Positions 38,288-47,200 of a DNA stretch of 56,543 nucleotides are shown piece by piece (within the stretch, counting starts at the first letter, position 1; the number at the start of each line of letters is the position of its first letter). The stretch spans positions 1 through 56,543 of the forward strand of contig OZ287713.1 of the NCBI GenBank assembly GCA_965649825.1, in the 5' to 3' direction. Origin of the DNA: Penicillus capitatus (Eukaryota > Plantae > Chlorophyta). Position numbers and translations under genes: made by a program. Under the pieces are notes generated by a model. That model saw only the letters and a program-made list of their open reading frames with translations. It made no database searches and was not told the DNA's origin.

Positions 38288-41200
38288 TCAGTTTGATGCA
38301 GCAACTGAACGGGAAACCTTCTCTTCACCCGTCCTGGAGAGGTAAGGGCCGGACCCGACGAAACTCAACACAACAGGTAAGAAAACGATGCCGTGCCATG
38401 CTCCAGCGACAACGATGGCGAAGAACATTTTGAAGAAGGATTGAAAGATGTAGTGCTCCGTGAAGCCCATGATGACAATACCCAACCAAGTCGTGAAGGC
38501 TCCAGAAATGACTTCACCACCAATGTGCTCGAGCGCTCCTCTGGCTCGACTCGGACGATCCCCAGAGAGAACCAGAAAGGAATGCGCGATGTGTGCAGAA
38601 TAGTCCACCGCGATACCAACAGCCAAGACCAGATTGATGGCGGTGACGGGATTGAAATACTGATCCACATACCACATGTATCCAAACAGCATGACATCTG
38701 TCAATGCCACCATACCCACCACGATGGCAGCCATAGGGATGCTGGCCAAGACGATCACATTCATGACGAAGACGCCCACTCCAGCCATGATGACGTTGCG
38801 GATGGTCTCCCATGTGATGACACGGAAACCGTCGTAGAAGAGAAAGGCAACGGTAAAGGGAACGGGATCCAAAGAGGGCGCAGCGTCTTCGATGGTGTCT
38901 CGTATACTGTCCAGGAGATCAATCGACTGTTGCCCGTCCTCGATGTCCACTGTGACGGCATCGATCTTGGATGAGATGATGCGAGAATCGGATCCGTTGC
39001 TGAAGATCACGAAGTCCTTGAAAACGGCGCCGGGTCCACGGAGGAATTCCTTCAGCCAGTCGTGGAAGGAATCGGAGTCGGGAGGGAGACCATCATCCGT
39101 CAGCTGATCCTCGTAGGCGGAATCCGTTTGCAGCCACGCGATATATCTCTCATACCTAAGACACCGACACAGCTCAGGAAAGAGCACACTGGTGACGCAA
39201 TTACGGACCATGTGTGCACTGGACCAACAACGTATGGATCGGCATCCAAGTTCACCCTGAGCTGTTCCAGTTCATCCTGGTGATTAAAGTAGTCTCCACT
39301 CGCTGCCTCTTTCGTGTAGACCGAGAAGAAGAGCTGATCGCCATTGTAGTACTGGTTCTCGAGATCGAAGGCTGTTTTGAGCGGCGAATCGTCTGGGGTG
39401 AACATGTCGATGTAGTTGAAGTTCATCTTGACCTTGGTGCAACCGTAGATGGCCCATGCGAGCAAACCGCATTCGATGGCGATCACGATGATGCGCCCGA
39501 TGGGATGCAATGTGACAGATGGGATGTATGTTCCAGCCAGCTTTGTGGAAAAGCTCGGCGTCTCTGGATTGTATTCTCCTTCTCCACACATCTTCTTCCA
39601 TGCGTCTGGATGCTTCACAAAGGCTTGCGTGCTCGTCTCTTTCTGTCCGTTTTCTGGCTTGACCGGGGACGTTGTTCGCATTTCTTGGCCTTCTGGAGCT
39701 GCTTTGACGATTTTGTCTTCGTCGTAGGGACTGTCGGCGCAGCAACTCTTCAGGCCGTAGTTTGGACTTCCGTTACGGTATCTAGCTTCTCTTCTGGCGT
39801 CCAAAACGAGGAATGCGACGAAAAAGGTGACCTAAGGCAGATCGATCCATATGAAGGCTAGATCGCAAACAAGAAGCACGGACACTTACTTGGAATCCAA
39901 AATCGAAAAGAATGGCCAATGAAGCATGAACAGAGAATTGGTAAAGAGCAGGGAGTTTGGTGTAGAGTCCCATGAGGAAAGCGCAGAAATCTGTAGCTGA
40001 TGTGACAAAGATCGACGATCCTGCCCGTTCCAGTGTTAGAGCAATCTTCTCTGGAACAGGCAGATCGACAGGAACACGCTGATAGGCGCCGATAATGACA
40101 AAGGTATCGTCAATTCCCAGACCCAGAATTAAGAACGGCAGAATCTGGACAACCATATTAAACTGCCAAAGCACACGATCCGTCCATCAGCATCCAATCA
40201 AGATGATGTGACGTGACATACCTTGACACCAAAGGTCTGTGCCATTCCAAAGGCAGACATCAAGGCCAGGCCGATGGCGACCACTGAGGCCAGTGATAGA
40301 TGTGACTTGCATGCGAGGCAGCTGTTTTTGAAGAGGACAACGTTAGTGTACAGGATGATGAGTATATATCCAATGGTCAGCAGCGCGATATCGTCCTGAA
40401 TCAACTCGTCCGAAGCTTTGCCGACGGCATTCGAGTCTGCCAGGTACGTATCGAGGGTCATCGTTTTTGAGATCTCTCTCAGATGATCGGTAAGCTCTTC
40501 CACGAATTCTTGAGACTCGGGATCGATCTCGGCCCCGTCCACCTCTTCCTGCAAAGGTATGGAAGATCAGATGATGCTCCACAGCGACAGCGCTGACGGA
40601 CCCTTTCGTAGACGTAGATAAACGTCATGGCAAAGGATTCGACGTTCTTTGAGCGTTCGGATCCTTCCTGACACGGACTGTCTGTATCCGGCCTTCCCAA
40701 GTAGTAGTGCACATCCAACGGCACGCCAAACTGATCGAACAATTCCTCGTCTGCACAGTGTCGTGTTAAGGCGTAGCGCTCACGATAATGCGCTCATCTA
40801 CTTACACTTGTGTCGATCTCCAAGTGACAGGTCGTAGGTTCTCTATAGCTTCCCATCCACAAATAGACCCGCGGCTCTACGTCACAGATTCCAAGTAGAT
40901 TCCGGAATCTTCTCAGAATATTCCTTCTTTGTTCCTTAAATAAAGTACCCTATAAAAGCGTTGTCGATGTACAGATCTCGTCTTTCGTTTGTAAGGCTTT
41001 ACGTTTCAAAAAGGTTTACGTGCGCCCACCACTCAAATTGTTCCCATCTAAAACCCTACGCGACATGGTTTCGGAGCGAGTGCTCCCAATGCTGTTGTGG
41101 GTTCTATGCTATGCCGCCGTCACGCACGGCGCATGGTTCGGCTGGAAGGATGGAATAGTAGAGTTACGGAATAAAACTCTAACAAGCATCCAGAACAACG

Positions 41201-44200
41201 TCCGCAGTGGCGAAGACTGGATTGATGGATACATCGTTAACCTCGCCCACGACTTGAATACAAAGGAACCTGTCCTGTTTCAAGAAAAAGCGACGTCCAC
41301 AATTCTATACTGTACCACAGGGAAATGTGACTCGCTGACTAACGAAATCAGGAAGGAACCAGATCTGCACAAGGGAGGTTGCCTTCTGTACATCAAAACC
41401 CCGGGTGACTATTCGGTCGACGCCGGAATGATACAGAAGGAGATCGCAGAATTCGTCATCGGTTGCCCCAAAGGCATTATCTTTTATGATGCGGCAGGGG
41501 GACTATCCATGGGCGAAACCAACATGCTGATCAAGGTTCTGAGCGAAGGCGCTAGGATCTACTGGGACGGGCGACCAATATCAACGACCGACATCTCACT
41601 TTTTCTACTCGTCCGAGGTGAACCCCATCCTGAGAATTGGGGCCAGAAGGAACTTCTGGACACGTCCAGACAGAGAGTATACGATCTGACATACGGAGAC
41701 CCTCGAAACGGCAAGAACGATTTCACCGTAATGTCGTCGGCGAGAGCTCTGCGCAGACGCTTCGGATACGCTATACCCGTAGCCGACCCCGAAGATCAAA
41801 GTGGACTCTCTGCCGGAGAGCGCATATCAACCGGAAAGGAACAACCAGAAGAGAGATCTAAAGCGACGTACTCGGACGAAATTGATGAGATTGTCGAATC
41901 AGTCGATGCGTATCTGGAAGATGAATATGATGACCTGTATGTCGGGACCGAGCCCGGAGCATTAGATTTCGTGTACGCAATACCAGCCGAAGCACAGCAG
42001 GATACGTACGAAGACACGGCTACCCCACAATCCGAGCCTGAAGTTGAAGATACGCAGTCAGAGGAAGGCCAAGGACCCGAACAGGAGCTTCCCCCAGAGA
42101 ATGTATTTGACATGCACGGATTAGGGAATGCTCTACATCTCGACGCTAGAGAACCTTGGGCCGCGATCCCCGTTTGGATGAGAGACTTGGATATCACATG
42201 GCCGGACTACGTAACGGAGATGATGACTAGCGCCGTCGTGGGCCTTACCACTCACGGAGTCATCAATTGGGTAGCAAACAGAGGGGTACTCTCCGTCTTC
42301 TATCCGACTAATCTATTGACGACTGTCACAGTTTCAGTCATCAACAACCTTCCATCCAGGCCGAAAATCGAGGGAGAACTGAAGGCCTTCAATGAGTCAT
42401 TGTACGATTTGAACCAGTTCGAGAACATCTCGATGAGCGGTTCATCAACGAACTCTCAAGGCCAACAGGACTCCCAAGACGCATGGGGCCCGAAAGGTTT
42501 AAATGATGATTGGAAACGGCTCAACGACACCCTGGACGAGATTAGGAAGACAATATATAGAATCAACGAACATACGGGAAATCTGAAGACGGCCCTCGAC
42601 GAGTGCATATGCGAGAGTCAAGTTACAGGTTGGGGAAACAGTCATGAGAATGAAACATTCCTCGACCGTTCCATAAAATGGCTAACCGGTGCCCGAGATA
42701 ACGCGGTCACGTGGATGTTAGGCACGCTTTGGGATAAATTTGGACTCAGAGCAATTCGTAGTGCCCTGGCGACGGGGAACGGCTGGCAGTTGGTAGGCGC
42801 TGCTATGCTTCTATACAAGGTCGCTGCATGGATCTTGAATGTATTCAGGAACATCCGCAAGGTTGTGATGCGAGTCGTAGCCATAACCCAGGGGATTTGC
42901 TGGTTACTCAGAATCGTGTGGAATCTGATGCGGGGACATAGGGCTCAGGCGCAGCAACTGACTCAAGAACTGACCACTCAGCAGTCGTCACAAGAGCAGT
43001 CACCACCAACGCCTACACAACAGTCGCCACCGCCGCCATCCCAGTCACCGCCGCAGGAGTCAACGCCGTCATCCAGTCCTTCTCGTCCTGTCGCGCCATC
43101 TCAGTCGCCTCCGCCACCGCAACATTCGGCACCACGACGGGCAGACCAACAAAATACAGTGACGGAAATCCACCCAGACCCATCGCCGGAAGTCCGCCAA
43201 GACACTGAACAACGTGGCTTGATACAATCCTTGATGGAAAGTGTTCAAGCGATGCAAGATGGGCTTATGAGACGCGCTGCAGAACTCGAGGACAGACTTG
43301 TCAATAGACAAGGGAGATTGGAAGAGGTTGTGGAGGCCAGCATACTTACTATCGGGCAACGAGTAGAAGCGGTTGAGGATCGGATGCGAGTGCAGCAAGT
43401 CGGATGTGAGTTACATCACCCCGAGCCTGAGCCATCGCACGAGACCCAAGGAACAACCGAACGGAAACAGAGTCAACAAATACGTCAGGACTCAGACAAG
43501 CGTCGCCCTAGTGAAGCTGCAACTCCACACACTCCAAAAAGCCAGACTCCCACTAGACACGTCGAGAAAGATGGTCCCACCGTAAAGAACGTACACAGGA
43601 TGTTGCCAAAACGTAAAGAGAATCTCTCGCAGTTCACACGCAGAATGTCAAAGCTGCTCGAATTGATAGATGACCCCGTCAAGTACGCTACGGCGACGGA
43701 GAGAATCTTCAATATTGCGAACGCACAAATCCAGGCACGTCTGCGTGGACTGCCATGGGGAGATGCGGGCAACTGGCCACGTGTACAAAGGATCATCGAC
43801 GAATGCTTACACGGAGGACGGAATACACGAAGCAACGCTCCCAACAACGACAAGCAAGGCGTGCGACAAGAGTACGGACACACCTGCGAGAGATGCAATA
43901 AAAAAGGCCACTCCGGTAGAGACTGTCCTGTACTCGCGAAAGCCCCAAAGACGACAGAATCGGGGACTTTAGGACAAGCGAATCCGGTACAGCGCCAGAA
44001 TTCTCAGAGGATGATACAGTATAATGTCCCACTCAACATGGAGAATATTGCCGGAAAAATCTCGTGCCTGTTGGACACCGGTGCGCAGACCAATATACTT
44101 CCGGCAAAGCTGGCAAGGAGACACAACTTGGTCCTCAGGTCGTCGAAGGTTAGAGATGTAACCAGCTTCAACAACCAGACGACCAGGCCAAGTGGCGAGA

Positions 44201-47200
44201 TCGCTTTGGTGTGTACCCTCGGGAAACAGAGCGCTGAGATTCCATTTGTCGTCTGTGAAGGTGTCCAACGCCCGATTCTGGGAATGCAGGCCCTTCAAGC
44301 ATTCAAGTTGCAGCTCAACTGCGAGGAGGACGCAGTCTACGACGACAAAGGCAACAAAATCTTGATCCACAACGTCTCAGTTTCAAAAAACTAAGGTGCA
44401 CGCCTGTTTTTCAGCAGGCAGATGACGACTCGCAAAAACCGCAAATAAAACGCTTGGTACTAGTAAAGGCGAACTGGAAGGACGAGACACCCCAAGACAG
44501 ACAGAAAGAAAGACCAACATCTTTAGCACTTCAAGTCACGGAATCCATTGATCGGGAGCTATTCCCGTTCAAACAAAACGGCTGGATCGTCTTTATGGCA
44601 GGGAGAAGTTTTGTGCTGGGACCCTTTCGGAGCCGCCGCATTATCTTACCTTTCAAGTTCTCGGAAACAACAATTTGGACTGCATTCTTTGACTGTACCC
44701 ATAACAAGAACATCTTCTGCAAGGTGAAGGTACACGCAAATGGTCAAATCAGCGTGGTAATCTTCAATCAATCCGATACCCCACAACACGTCACCAGCAA
44801 GATGCGACTGTGTTGTGCTAAAGGAAACATTGATTCCATCGCCGACGTCGATGGAACGGAATACCCGCTGAGAGAGAAGACCAAGCGCGTGCATAACGTT
44901 AGCGTCCTTACAACACTGGACAAGGATACGACAGTAGCTCAGTTGAGAGAAGAATTCCCTCGGGTGTTTTCGGACACAATTCGCCCGACGACCAACAGGC
45001 TGTGGGACATCAGGGTACGCGGCAGAGATCTTTGTTGGCAAGGCGAGCCTAAGCCATGCTGGAGGGAGAACTACGTTTCAGATCTCACCAATGAGGAAAT
45101 CTCAAAAGAGATCGACTCGCTACACATGGAAGGTGTTATACGACAGCTGTCTGTTGCAGAAGCAATACACGCTGTCGTAGCACCTTTAAACTTCATACGC
45201 AAACCGAATGGCAAGATCCGGCCCACCATTGACTTCCGCGACATCAACACGTACCTCGAAGGAACGCAAGGGGGGACCATCATTCCGGTGTCCAACATCA
45301 TCCAGAAGGTGGATCCCAAGTGGACCGTATACACCATCGTGGACATTGTTCACGGCTACGGCTCCATCCCCATCGACGACAATATCTCGCTTTTCTTTGC
45401 ACTACATTGGAACGGCGTGACGTACGGCTTTCGGAGACTGCCGCAAGGCGTCAACGTCAGTCCGGAGCTTTTCAATAACCGCATGACCCACATCCTACAA
45501 GGGTTGGATGTGGTCCGATACTTCGATGACATACTTATCGGCGGCGAAACGGAGGAGGAACTCCTCGACAAGACCAAGCTTTTATTAAAACGTTTTGACG
45601 AATACGGCCTGACGATCAACTGCCAAAAGTGTGACTGGTTTGAGACATCGGTAAGCTTTTTGGGTACCGAACTCAGTGGTGGGACGCTAAACCCGTACCA
45701 CAGGGCCCAGGCAATACTCCAGAAGCTGCCGACAATCACATCACGTCACGACGTTCAGAAGGCCATGGGTCTGTGCCAGCAACTGGCACAGTACTGTTAC
45801 AAATACGACGCGATCGTCACGCAACTCAAGCCATTCCTGAAACGCGAACACAATGACTACACCAAAGCTGACGAGATCTACAAGGACGCAGTTCAATCTC
45901 TGTGCATCAGTACGTACCGATTGACGTTGGAAAGAAGGGGGCCATTCCATCTGTATACGGATTGGTGTGGTAACCCACTCAACCAGTTCGGATACGTATT
46001 GCTTAACTCGACCTTGCAACCTGTTCTCTTTGGATCTTTTACGACGAAACAGAGGGTCGGAAGTTTTCTGGGAGAATTGATGGGAATAGTACGGGCCTTG
46101 AAGGAATGTTACTTTGTGATCAAGCAGACGGAGGTATTCGTTTACTCCGACAACATGGCTACGGTCAATTGGCTCAAGGAGCCGACATTCCTGCACAAGT
46201 TCAAGGACCTCCGGATCCAGAGACAGCATTGCTGGCTCCGGCACCACTTTTCCCACGATCGTCTCCACTTCTGTTTTGTAGAGGGGAAGGACAACGTGAT
46301 AGCGGATCTTCTCAGCCGATGGAGAGACAACGCACCTGTCGAATTTCACACCAAGAAGAAGCAACAGGGATATCAAGTGAACGCCGTATCCTACGCTCCG
46401 GAAGAACGGACCGAGCTCATCAAGAAAGCTCATGCAGGCCACTTCGGGGTAAGGAAGACATTCCTGAACCTGCGGTCCGACGGAACCCGCTGGACGAACG
46501 ACTTCAATGACGTGCGAGATTACGTCAATAACTGCGAGACGTGCCAAATGTTTCGCAACCCACGATCTGAGGTGGACTTGGGTATGATTGACAGTCCATC
46601 CCCGAACCACACACTGTGTCTAGACTTCATAGGACCCCTGAACCGTGGCAGCCATGGGTTTCGGTATATCGCTACCGGGATCGACGCTTTCACTAAGTTC
46701 GGCGTGGGGCGCCCATGTAAGACGTGCTCGGCAGCACAGGCTATTAAGCTGGTACTCGAATGGGCACGAAGCTTTGGGGCTCCACAGAGGATCCTGTGCG
46801 ACAACGGAAGCGCCTTCATTGCCAGGAGCTTCGAGAGTACCTGCGCACAGCACGGAATAGATCTGCTACATACGCCAACCTATTCCCACAAAAGTGCGGG
46901 CACTGTCGAGGCGTTCAACCGAAACCTCGTAAATCGACTTCGGAGGATATGGGCGGAAAAGGGGGGTGATTGGACGACACATGTGAGCACGAGTGTACAT
47001 GAGATCAACCGGACGATCCATAGTACGACTCTGTTCTGTCCACAATACCTTCTGACTGGCACACAACGGAACGGCACGACAACTAGTCCACAACAGTTAG
47101 ACACCGACCGAGGACTAGCATATCAACGAATAATCAAGGCACACCAGCAAAATAAGACAAGACACCACAAGAAAGTCAAGAACCGTCCCATGGAAGTGGG

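Noticed and set aside
41020-41064. ORF1 start at GTG 41,020 as given in the ORF track
   Set aside because: It lies inside the LTR. The ATG at 41,065 places the signal peptide at the N-terminus.
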